Of a DNA stretch of 64,000 nucleotides, positions 53,051 through 64,000 are shown piece by piece. Below the pieces are notes generated by a model. The model worked only from the letters and a program-made list of their open reading frames with translations. It did no database searches and had not been told where the DNA came from. How positions within the stretch are numbered: position 1 is the stretch's first letter; every line of letters starts with the position of its first letter. The DNA comes from Vicugna vicugna (taxonomy: Eukaryota). The position numbers and the translations under genes were made by a program. The DNA is taken from positions 682,001-746,000 of the forward strand of contig MU058387.1 of NCBI GenBank assembly GCA_013265495.1, given 5' to 3'.

Positions 53051-53599
53051 ATGCAGCCTCTCTCCAGACTTGTTAAAACATGACAGCAACTTAACTGGAG
53101 GCTGGAGGAGCGGCAAAGAAATGAAAGGAGAAAGCCAGAAGTGGTTTTTTTTCCCCCCGAGAAAGAGACGTGCACATGGTGTTCTTACATTACTCTTTAA
53201 CCTTTGCAAAGAGATTGAGAAGTGGAAATGTTGCTTATATGCAAATCGGGCTTATTTTTCGCTGTCAAACCTGTTTCCTAAAAATCTGCGAGGCTGAATT
53301 TGGTTGTTCGTAGTAATCTATGAGGAATGTGAACTACGCTCTTTCCAGCGGCCAGGATGAAGGGAGAAAAATGGGATGTTTAAAATTATATTAAACTGCA
53401 GATTATTTTCCCTCTTAAGTTATTTAAAAAAAGATCCAGGATCAGGGAACTAGTGATGGGGTGGGGGGAGTAAATCACCAAGGTTGCCTGCATTTGAAAT
53501 AACGCCATCTTGGTTGAGAGACTTGTTATATTTTACCCTCTAATCTCACGTTTCAATCGTTTCTCAGTGTCTAAATAATAGATCCTCTAACTTAGAAGT

Positions 53600-55560
53600 A
53601 CCACCCCGGGCGGGCAGGGGGAAATCAACTTTCTGCGCTCAGACGGTGGCACTGATCCTTCAGAGTTGGGGGTGGGATGGTACAGGCGGGCACGGTCAGG
53701 GCGGCATTTGCAGTGTGAGCCCCGACGCTCGCTCTGCAACTCTCTTCAGGGAGGACAGGGTTAAAAGCCGAGTCTGACTATGCCTCTTGGAAAGCTTTGG
53801 GTTGCAGCCGCGCCTCCCAAGCATTCTTTAAACCAGAAATGTGGGAGGGACTCCGAGAGGGAGGGAGTAAGAGAGGGAGGGAGAGAAAGAGGACTCGAGG
53901 AGGGGAGCGCGCCAGAGCGCGAGGGACGGAGGCAGAGGAGGAGCGCGGGAGCGGCGGAGGCGATCCCGCGAATTCATTACTGTAAACATCTCCCGGGGGG
54001 GTCAGGAGGGGTGGGGGTATACATTAGCGGGGCCGGGTCAGATCCAGGCAGCAGTAAGGTCGGAGCAGCCTCCGGACCCACGCCGGGCCGGCGCAGCGCT
54101 TGGAGCGAGCCCCGCGCCCGCCCCCGCGCACCCCACGCAGCGCCCCACTCCGGGCTCCGCGCGGTCCGCGCACGGGCGTCGGAGGCGCGCCCGCCCGGCT
54201 CTCCGGCCGCCCCCCGGGGTCCTCCGTCTCCGAGGAGCCCCGGCGCTGCGGGGCCGCGTTCCGCCGCCTTCCCGGCTCTCCCGCCTTCTTTCAGGACTCG
54301 TGGGCTCGGCCGAGGCGGAGAGGGGGAGGCAGAGGAGGAGAGGAGGCGGGGGCCTCGGCGGCCGGAGCCGAGAGAAAGTGGCATGCCCCGGCCCTGGAGG
54401 CGGAGGTGGCGGAGGACGGGGGAAGACGATGCCGCGGCTCCGTAGGGGAGGAAGGCGAGAGCGAGCTAGGCGAGCGGGGCGCCCGGGCGCCGGCCGGCTG
54501 CGGGGAGGCGCGCGCCGCTCTGAGGCTCCGGCCTCCGCACCCCCGCGCCCCGACGCTGCGGGCGACAGGGCCGGGCTCCGGCAGCCTCCTCCGTCGCCGC
54601 CGCCACCACCCGGAGGACCTAGCAAAAGTTTGGATCTGGGGGAGGACGCGGCGCTGAGCGGGATTACCACCAGAGCTTGGAGGAGACCTCGAGAACCTTT
54701 GCAGGTAACGCACACCCCCAACCTCTCCTTCCTGGCCCCTCCGCTGGGCTCCAGCTCCCTCCCAGCGCGTTTCCTGACGCTCGCCAGATCTGGCTGAAAG
54801 TAGGAGGGAGGCGAAGTTCAAGATCCCGGGTCTGGGCACCTAGCATGGGGAGAGCTACAGGAACGGGGTCCGAGGCGCTTCTCTGCGCCGGGTGGGCAGC
54901 TGTGCGGGGAGGCGAATCTCCCCCGGGAATGGATGAGAACCCTCGGCCCCAGCTGGTGCCTCGGCTTGTAGCTCGTAGGACATTCAGGGTGTTTATTCAG
55001 TATTCTTCAATCCGGGGAAATGGTGCGTAGATTTCACTCACTCCCACCTTCGCCCTCGCACTCTCCCACCCTTATTTAGTATCTTTTGAAAATGATACGA
55101 ACCCACTCCCATTCGCCCACCTCGTTTAGCTGGTGCAGAAAGGCAAACCGGGAAGGGGGGGGGGAGCGTGTGTGTGAAAATTTCAAGCAAAGGGGAAAAT
55201 TTATCCTTCCCCCTTTTAACATCTCCAGAGTACTCCCCTCCTCCTTCCATTCACCTTCCGGCGTCATAAAATAGGAACTTTAGAAGTCACATTTTCACTG
55301 AAGAGTGAGATGAAACATGTTAACCATTGGTGGCGTGAATTTGCAGTGAGTGTCCGCCTGTGTGTGTGTCTGTGTTTGGGGGGCTAGTGGTGTTGCGGAA
55401 AGGCCGGTTTTCCTTGGTGGCCTGACGCGCCGTCGCGTGGGGGGAGTGAGCGGTCGCGTGTGTGCACTGAGGCGGGGGCAGCGGAGAGAAGACGGTCACG
55501 TTTCCAGAACAGCAGCCTTTCTTGGGCTAATAAAATAGCTGCTGCGTTTCACTCCGAGAG
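53600..55560. promoter_or_regulatory. CpG island 3 / second promoter
   Basis: Very high GC and CpG at 54000-54950. GC boxes (GGGCGG at ~53608 and ~53699), FOX motif TGTAAACA 53981-53988. Confidence 0.85.
53970..54704 (+). other. FLRT2: Alternative non-coding first exon (1b) of probable FLRT2; start uncertain
   Basis: Core of the strongest CpG island, ending in donor CAG|GTAACG (54704/54705). It is preceded by a GA-rich tract and an Inr-like TCATT near 53974. Confidence 0.55.
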
Positions 55561-58500
55561 CAAAAAGATTCCAGCCCCAACTCCCCAACGTCCCCTTTCC
55601 CCCAGTCGAGTTTTTGAGTTTCGAAGCAGCTCAATGTCTGCTGCTCCATTATCTTTTTTTTTTATGAATCATTATTTGTGCACTTGGAAACTCACCGTGC
55701 CTTCTCTGGTAAATGGAAATAAGCCTTCGAGGGCTTTTGATTAATTTTAGTGGAGCGAATCTCTTGTAAAGCTTACAGTAAGCTAATCAAGTGCAAGGCA
55801 CAAATCCGTGTAAATGCTCGAACAGGAGTGCAAGGTGCTGATTAGATTTCTTTACTTGCTGTATTTGCTATGCAAAGCCTCTTCTAAATGGGAGCTATTG
55901 CTTCTTCCTCGGCTGGGAGACCGTTTAATCACCCAGGGTCAGGAAGCTTTGGGGCATGTCCACACGCTCAGGGGTTTATTGCTAAAATTATTATGTCCAA
56001 CTTCTCCCAGCCAAAAGGTAATATGAAGGCTACCTTTCATATCCAGACCAGTATTGTCTGTAGACTTAAGCGGTATGACCTTATTAAATCTCCAATGAAA
56101 GAATTCCGCCAAACATTTTGAAGTAAATAGAATGCAGATTGGCATTTGTCCAGGGTTGTATTTGGTCGTTGCAGTAAGAATGTAAAATTTTAGGTCAGTA
56201 TCTGAAGTGTTAGCACCAGTTTTTTTTTTTTTAAATCAGTAAGCAACATCACCAGATTCATAAGATGGAAAGGCCACCATATTAGATGAGAGTCAATCTT
56301 TGGGTAGTATGCATACCATAAAAAGTTGCTCATTTCCCCACAGTGTCAGGAGTCCCTCGCAGATACAACTTTTCTTCCTCCCCGCCTCAGAAGCCTCAAA
56401 CAGGATAGGGTTAACCATTTATGGATTTGTAATAATCACGGGTGACAGCACACCACCATACTGTCATGTTGAGTTGCAAATGTCTGTGACTGGAGGAGGC
56501 TGGAAGATGAAATTTCAAACATTATTCCATGTCTCTGGCAGTCGGTACAAGAAATTGTAAAAAGAATCTCGCTAGCTGTACTGGAGCAGACCTATTACAA
56601 ACCTAGCATGGAAGGAATGCTGGTTTAAAAACAAAAAGCCCATGTCCTAACACTTCAGTAGTTTCATTGCAGTTTTACAAATTCCAGGGGATGCTTTTAA
56701 CAGAAGAAAGTAGATTCCCAATTGACACCGTGCTGGGCTGCTTTGGGGTTCTCCAAGCAGGCATGGTTTTTCTTGTATGCTAGGTTTCAGACGATGTGAT
56801 CTTATCCGAGTTTGACTTTGACCGCCTGGATCTAATTTGAAGCTCCTCTGATACCCGTTACATTTATATTCTGGCCTGCTGGAGAGTTTGATTTAGGATT
56901 TAGACATATCTCCCGAAAGCAACCTTATATCTTCCCAGTTTGAAGCTGTGGTTTCAAGAAAGACTCAAGTATGTACAAGTGCAGAAGCCGTATTCTGGAG
57001 AGACCCAGTGTGAGCATCTGATCTAGTTTGACTGTTTAGCTTTGTACTCTACAGGGAAGACGTGCCACTTCTGCGATCCCCAGTGTCTGGAGTCAAAAAA
57101 CAGCAAGGGTGAAGGGCAACTCTTGGTCTTGCTCTGTTGAGAAGATTCGAAAAAGGTCCAGGTGATGTAATTTTATTTCTAATCAGGTCAGACCTTCTCT
57201 GGATAATCGTCTGTTGGTATCTTTACTTATTTCAGTTCAAGTTCATTTTTCACTTGATTACTTTAATAACTTTGTGGTTTCTGCCACAGTGATTCAAATT
57301 CAGGCCATTAGTGACCTCTATCTGTGAGAAGTGAACACTCAGTGTTTTTCTTTCTTATCAGAGTCTACAGATTATGGGGTGGGGGGGGAAGGGGGCGGAT
57401 ACCCAACAGCTCTGTAGTTCTTTCTGAGTATTTAGATTTTCCAGCTTGGTTTTCCTAAGACAGAGTTCAGTACAGGTAATGCTCTTTAACAACAGTAATG
57501 AAAATGTTACAGGCCAATGAGCTACTAAGTTGTTCCATACAGCATCGACAATTTGATCAACATAAACAAAACACCAGAGCTATCCGGTGCCAATAAGAGG
57601 ACTGTACAGGCAGGTAGGCCAGTGCTTTGAGACTCACAGTACTGCTGGATGTGAGTGAAATTTTATTGCCCCGAAGTGCTTACATAACAAGGGAAACTTG
57701 AGACAAGCCCAGAACATATACGTGGGAGCTAAAACTTGCCTTTAAATTCGGCTGTGCTTCTGCTGTGAACGTACAGCACAGATCAAGGGAGAGGTGGCGT
57801 CTGCGAAGGGTGACTATAAACAGATGGTCTTTTAAGGAGACTTTTAAAATCTGACTCCTAATCCAGCTTTGTCTTCTGAGCATTTTCCAATCGAAATTTC
57901 CATTTGAGTTGATTATCCTAAATGGTAATTGAAGACAAAGTTTACAGACTTTCTTAGGTGGGTGAATACCATTATCTGACATTTTCCAGATGGTTTTTGA
58001 TCTCATGGTATTTGGGGATATAGAATTTTTAGGAGGTTTTCTTTCTTTTCCCTTGGGCAGATTTTACACCAAAGGCATTTTTAAAGACCAATTCTTCTTA
58101 TTAAAGGTAAACAATTATTATCATACCCCAATTTTCTTACTTTTCCCACCCTCCATATTGCTTTTTTTTTTTTCAAAGTTGTATTTTTTCTTCTAAAACT
58201 ACATGTTGGGGATAAACTATCACTGTCTTTTTATTCCTTTCAGCAATATGACCTCCAATTAAATACCTATTTATAGTAAAACATACACACTTACATACAC
58301 ATCAAGCAAGGACCATTTTAAGACAGAGATTCTTTTCAAGGTTTTAAATATGTTTCTTTTTTAAAGGGCTATGACACAAATATTTTAATAAAAATATCCT
58401 GTGTTCCGATGAATACAGAGACTTATTTCAGTTGCATGGAACAGTAAAACACTGTATTAGCGAAATAATCAGCGGTATTTTCAGGACATGGTCAAAATCT

Positions 58501-60289
58501 GTTAGAACCTTCATGGGTGCTTTTTTTTTTCTTTCCCTTGACGAATTTTGCATCTACTGGTCTTTTTGGTTTTCTTTGATTCCTTCTACTGTAGCTCTTT
58601 GAAGTGATTCAAAATTAAACAGTAGCTACTTTTTAAGGGAAATTCATCATGTTATGTTCAGGATTCCAGAAGAGTTAATGATGCAGAAAAAGTCCTGTAA
58701 AACCATCTTTCTAAAAGAAGTCCTTCTCTTGCAGGCGTCCCACTTACTGGCCTCCTGTACCATTTGCAGTGAATTGGAACTCCGTTATTTATTTATTTTT
58801 CAAATACCACCTCTAACTTAATTTAACGTGGGATGTGTTTCTGCAGAGGCATGTAGCTCCACGTGTCCCGAGTCGCCTGGACTCAGCAATGGTGGTTTTT
58901 TCCCAGATCTGGAAGAAGGGGAGGTCAAAGAAAATATCTTTGTAGAATTTGGGAAGTCAAACGGCCACGTTTGTGATCCTGAAATCCCAATCAGTTATTC
59001 TGTGGGTATTCAATAAGGGTACACGTTTTCTGGCAGTTTCGTGGTGGAAGACCTCAGCCGTTTTTTGAGGCCTTCACCAAAGAAATCTGTGGTACCTGTA
59101 CAGAGCTCATTAGAGCCAGACAATTTTTCTCACTTTCTTCCCGTGTTGCTTTTAAGGGAATGTTCCAGAAATGTGGCAGAAGGTCCTCTGTTCCCCTCGG
59201 TTCACAGGTCACGTGTTTATAGTTGTCTCTTTATTAGGGTTTCCAAGACACAGATAAAACAATCTTCCATCTGAACCTTTTAAGAATCTGAGGGCATTTG
59301 GATTTCAACCCACCAAAAAAACACCTGGTCTCAAAGTTCACCGGTGCTGCTTGGCCGCAGAACACTGAAACCTCCTTCTCTAGGATGTCGGGGAACAGCA
59401 GCTCCTAAAACTGGTTCACACATACATGGTCCAGGGAAGTCAACAGAGGCCATGGGGCTGAATGGAAAACATTAGACTCCCATCAGTCCCAAAATAGGCC
59501 CACGTGCTGGTGTCACTCTCGGCGCCAGCTGCCTGGGGGTGTCACTTTCATGAACATCCCGTGTCCACGTAGCCTCAGTGAGGGTTTCCTCTCCCATTTT
59601 GCTCCAGAGCTTGGGCTAGTTGGAAGAAGAAAATAACACAGGGAATTGTAATAATCTTCACAGATATTAGATAAAGAGGAGGGCGAAGTTAGGGCAGTAG
59701 ATGGATAAGCATTTGCCATAGAGGTTCCAGAAAATTCTACGTAGGCCCTGGGGGATGACATGGATTTTAAAACACATTCGTCTCCCTGTCATTTTTCTAA
59801 GTCTCACAGGCAGGATTTCATTTATTCCTCACAGCTGCCTCTGTGAGCTGGTCTGAGACAAGCCCCACTCACCTCTTTTCTCACTGGGAAGCGGGAACCA
59901 GAAAGGAGTTGAAGGCTACCGAAGGCTGCACAGAGCGCTCCTTTAAACTGCTGGGCTCTGTGCAAAGTGAGGAACATCACATTTAATTACGTAGATCTTG
60001 AATGTTCCAGGTCTGGTTTAGAAGTTTTCTTCTCTGCGAGCCTACTCAAAATGATCAAGGCTGTGTTTTAAAAATTAAAACCGGACAAAATAGTGCAGTT
60101 GTGTAAATATTTAGACTTAAAAAAATGCATTTCACCCTCTCTCCCACATTCTGTTAGATACATGTTTGCTGGTTTTGGATGAAAGTAATTTTAGGAGCTA
60201 GGCTTTGTGGTTTCAGACTTCTGCTGGGGTGGGGGATGAGACATAGGCTGTTTTGGAAGAAAGAGAAGATGTATTTATGTAAAGAAGCC

Positions 60290-60460
60290 CCACACTCTTA
60301 TGTCAGCACACTCCTTTCTACATTTATGACCTTGGACAAATTACTTAATCTCCTGGAGACTTAATTTCCTCTCTGCAGAGTTCAACAGGGTTGTTGTGGG
60401 GTCAGACAAGATTAATGTGTGTGAAAGTACCTTGATAACAATTCAGCGCTATATTCTCAT
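60290..60460 (+). mobile_element. MIR SINE
   Basis: TGACCTTGGACAAATTACTTAATCTC...GGGTTGTTGTGGGG...AATGTGTGTGAAAGTACCT. Confidence 0.7.
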
Positions 60461-61816
60461 GAAGAGGCATCATTCACGTGGACCTCATTCATCACTGCAG
60501 GACTGTCATGTGCTCGGATAGGTCTAGGTTTTATGTAAATAGAAGGGTAACCAAGACAGAGGGTCCTGCCCTCCAGGAGCTTTTGCTTTTTGCTCTGGGA
60601 TACCGTCACCCAGGAAAGTGTCCCATGGCCCTCTGCTGCATCACTTCCTCCCTTCATTTAACGGTGCATGATCTCCTTTTTTTGTGTTTGCTGTATTTTG
60701 ATGAAAATATGCTGATAAGGGCGAGTTGGGTGCAAGGGCCAAACTTTCCTTCCTTGACAGCTTGGCTTATTGTTGGAAACTGAATTTATCACAAATGGAT
60801 TCCACTGAGGATCTTTTGGGAAGAAACCATCAACGTTCCCTGAAGTAAGGTTGTTTCTTTTTGGCTAGCTTTATACTTCAGCCATCCAAGTTAACCTTTT
60901 GCAAAAAAACATAGTCATTAGTAGAGCATATGATGATTTTTAAGGCTTTTGTTTTGCATAAATAAGGCAGGCCAGTGCAAAGGACTGTCTTTTCAGTAGT
61001 TTGGAAATCTCCTGAGCCCATTCCCCACAAATGGCCTCAATTTATTAAGAAACAACATAATCTCCAAAGCTTGGCCTTAGGTTGACTTGTGAGTGTCACA
61101 AAGCCCTTGTGGGACAGTTCCGTACAATTTATTTCTCCATATTTTCTTCAACTGGGTTTTTACAGTTGTCAAATCTGAGACACTTAATTTTAAGTGTTCT
61201 AAAAGTGAGTGTGTACAATTTACTTCCCCGATATGTATAAACGTAGGCCTCTGTAAGGTTTTAATTTTTAATTGTTTTAAGGTTACTTAATTGAAGCTTG
61301 CGGGAAACATAGGTGTCCATGAAGCGTGTATTTATAAAACCCAGGATTAGGTCACGACTCGTGCTCGGAAGAGCATGTGCCTATGAGTGACTGAATGGAG
61401 GCCAGTCCGGTTCTAGCGATGTTCTTTTCAGGTCTGGGTTCACTATTTGCTGGAGTTCTGACACTCTTTCTTAAAGCTGATTAGCATTTTCGTAGTACAC
61501 TGTAAAGGACCTGGCCACAGAACTATATTTTCATGTGACAAATTACTTCCATAATTTGGAGAAATTAATCTGAGTACCTTTTGTTCTGGCAGTGCCGGAT
61601 GACATAATTATAATATTTGAAGAAAAAGAATGTTACTACTCGGAAGAGTTCTGTTAATAAAATGCGAAACCTCTGTAGGTGGATGTGTGGGGAGTTAGTG
61701 TGTGTTTGTGCGCGTCTTTGGAATGCACAAGGAAATCTAAGTCTTAGACACTATGGGGTGGGAATCCACGTTAGCCAGGTGCTAGGTGGTGCCAACTTAG
61801 CTCCTGTGTTTACTTG

Positions 61817-62040
61817 TTTTTTTTTTTTTAACACCTTTATCGTGGTATGGTTCCTGTACCGTCTACACATATTTCATATGTATAATTTGACGAATTTGGT
61901 AGATGTAGACACCTGTGGAAACCCCCACCACAATCGAGATAGCTAACATTGCCATCCCTCCCCGAGAGGTGCAGTTTTCGAACTCCCAGTGCATCCCTTC
62001 CCACCCACTTTACTGCCTGGTAACCGTAAGTTTGTTCTCA
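61817..62040 (-). mobile_element. LINE-1 3'UTR fragment(s)
   Basis: Poly-T, then L1MB-like ACACCTGTGGAAACCCCCACCACAATC, then CCTGGTAACCGTAAGTTTGTT like the younger L1 copies. Confidence 0.6.
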
Positions 62041-62140
62041 TAAGCCACCTAATTCTGGGGTGGAGATTTTCTTTTCCAAATAGGTCCTAGTGGAGCTCTG
62101 AGTAAAGCACACATTGTAATGACTGTGACATGAAGGAGGT

Positions 62141-62287
62141 ATTTTTCTTTTTTATTTTAATTTTTTTTATGGGGGAAGGTAATTAGGTTTACTTATTATT
62201 TATTTTAATGGAGGTACTGGGGATTGAACCCTGGACCTCATGATTGCTAAGCACACGCTCTACTGCTGAACCCTCCCCTCTCCTCCT
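62141..62287 (-). mobile_element. vic-1-type camelid tRNA-derived SINE
   Basis: GGGGGAAGGTAATTAGGTTT...AATGGAGGTACTGGGGATTGAACCCTGGACCTCATG...CTAAGCACACGCTCTAC; homologous to the 29919 copy. Confidence 0.88.
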
Positions 62288-62339
62288 AATGTTATTCTTG
62301 CAGAGGTAGAAGGTATGCGTCAGATGATGAAGAAGTCTT

Positions 62340-62770
62340 TTTCATTCATTCAGGAGATGTTTTTTACTGCTTACCACGTACCAGGCAGGGAGTAAGACTG
62401 GGGAGCCCCTCCACTGAGGCTGCCCAGGCTGGGGAGGAGAGAGGAGGCATAAACTTAATTGCAGGGCAGTTTCATACAGGATTGAAGACAGTGCAGTCGA
62501 CCTGGGTAAATGCGGCGGGAATGCGTAGTACTGAGAAGAGCTTTGTGTTGAGAGAGGGAGGATCTTGGGTTCTAAGCCTGGCTCTGTCACTTGCACATTT
62601 TGTAAACTTGGGTGGGAACCTTTTTAAACGTCTTTCAGTCTTCGTCTCCTCAAGTCGAAAATGGGAGGAAATACTTTCTGCTCACAGAGCTGTTCTCCTA
62701 AGGACAGAGATAATTATGTAAACCATCCCCCTGTCTGGCACACAGTAGAGGCTTAATAAATGCTGACTGC
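62340..62770. mobile_element. L2 tail (minus, ~62340-62500) followed by MIR (plus, ~62520-62770)
   Basis: TTCATTCATTCA...TGCTTACCACGTACCAGGCA; CTTGGGTTCTAAGCCTGGCTCTGTCACTTGC...CTGGCACACAGTAG...AATAAATGC. Confidence 0.7.
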
Positions 62771-63127
62771 TGAGCCTTCTCTCTCTGAAATGATAATAGT
62801 TCCATTATGTTACTCTCTCCCTCTACAAATACCTTGGCATTTCTCTGGAATCCCAAAGAAGGCTTTTGAGCCCTTAAACTGTTCACTCACAGGATCCAGC
62901 CTCTTCTGCAAAATAAAATTTTGTTTTTTACGCACGTAACAGAGCGTGAAGAAAGCGGAGCGAATTGCAGTCCCCGCAGTGGCAGGACTAGCGTGTAGCC
63001 CCTGGGGTCCAGTGTGTGGGCTGATGCTGTGACAGGACACAGGGCGAAGGGACGGGGACCAAAAAGAGGACTTGTCTCAGTTTGGGGAATCAGAAGGCGG
63101 TGCCAGCTGGATCCTGCCTGACTTGTA

Positions 63128-63322
63128 ATTTTTTTTGTTTTAATTGAAGTATAGTCAGTTACAATGTGTCAATTTCTGGTGTGCAGCATAATGTCCCATC
63201 ATGTATATACACACCTATATCCGTTTTCATATTCTTTTTCATTAAAGGTTATTACAAGACATTGAATAGAGTTCCCTGTGCTATGCAGAAGAAAGTTGTT
63301 TTTTTTTTAATCTATTTTTATA
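63128..63322 (-). mobile_element. Short 5'-truncated LINE-1 with target-site duplication
   Basis: Same 3'UTR as the 21098 copy; TGACTTGTA at 63119-63127 and 63323-63331. Confidence 0.9.
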
Positions 63323-64000
63323 TGACTTGTAGTTTTTTCGTTCATTGAAAGCATCGCCTTTGACACCCCCCATTGACATCCATAACGCCCTCCACGGGGA
63401 CAGTACCTGTGACAGGACCTCCCATGTCTCGCCTCTGACACTGGACGCAAAAAATGAGCTGTGATTATTATTATGTCTCTGCTGATCTACAGATATTTTT
63501 ATCGGAGTGAATTGTAAACACGTGCTTCACACAATTCATCTCACACACACGACTCTTGGCAGAGTCAAGAAGATATTTTATTGTAGAAGATTTAACACGT
63601 AAATTATTGTTATGTTTATATAATGCTTACTCTGGTTATAGAATGATTATACCTTGCTTGTGTCATGAGAGATGTTAGAAGCAGAATAATGCTTCTAACT
63701 ACTGGGTTATCATTTCTGTGTGGAAATACTTTCAGAAAGCCATTTTCAATTAATTTAAGTGAAGGAGCTTCTTGCTGCTTCTGTGTCAGATACTTCTGAA
63801 CAATACAGCATTCAGAGGCACCGGTCAGGATACACAATGCTGGAGTTATTTTTCGTTTCTCATTATGATTGCATGTGTATAGAGTATAATTTTTGTATTT
63901 GACTCAGCAATTGAGATTTGATTCTTTTTTTTTTTTTTTTTGGCTTTTAAATTGATGTAGGGAGGTTATATTTAACAAGATGTTAGGTGCCCCCAACTTC

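Larger units (their letters stand above)
54705..64000 (+). other. FLRT2: Intron of probable FLRT2, continuing past the window end
   Basis: Follows the donor at 54704; no coding exon seen; MIR/L2/L1/SINE content. Confidence 0.55.

Noticed and set aside
54581..54704. Alternative gene identities (SETBP1, GLIS3) for the non-coding first exon
   Set aside because: Recalled exon 1 sequence and three-island spacing fit FLRT2 better; still needs BLAST confirmation.
53780..54846. Overlapping 135-227 aa ORFs on both strands
   Set aside because: Arg/Pro/Gly/Ala-rich frames open in nearly all frames are expected from CpG-island GC content; no recognisable domain.

Overview
Mammalian genomic DNA, AT-rich and non-coding, most likely from a camelid: two tRNA-derived vic-1-type SINEs (~29.9 kb, ~62.1 kb) and artiodactyl-type L1 3' ends are present. 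Positions 1 to ~49.5 kb are gene-poor intergenic DNA with old repeats (MIR, L2, L1MB/MC, MLT1 LTRs, MER20/MER58/MER103 and a Charlie-type hAT fossil) and a few candidate regulatory islands. From ~49.6 to 55.6 kb lie three CpG-rich blocks containing two + strand non-coding first exons with splice donors after 51350 and 54704; the rest of the window is intron. From memory of the human 5'UTR and island layout, not from a database search, I identify this as the FLRT2 promoter region, with the coding exon downstream of the window. No intact protein-coding gene is present: the listed ORFs are chance, GC-driven or L1 ORF2 remnants. I found no convincing new biological system. The best leads are a three-uORF chain in exon 1a, a 92-codon ORF open across the exon 1b donor, a near-perfect 118-bp tandem duplication, an RE1/homeobox-rich element at ~28.3 kb and an AT-rich segment that retains CpGs at ~33.5 kb. 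Repeat boundaries and subfamily names were assigned by eye and are approximate.
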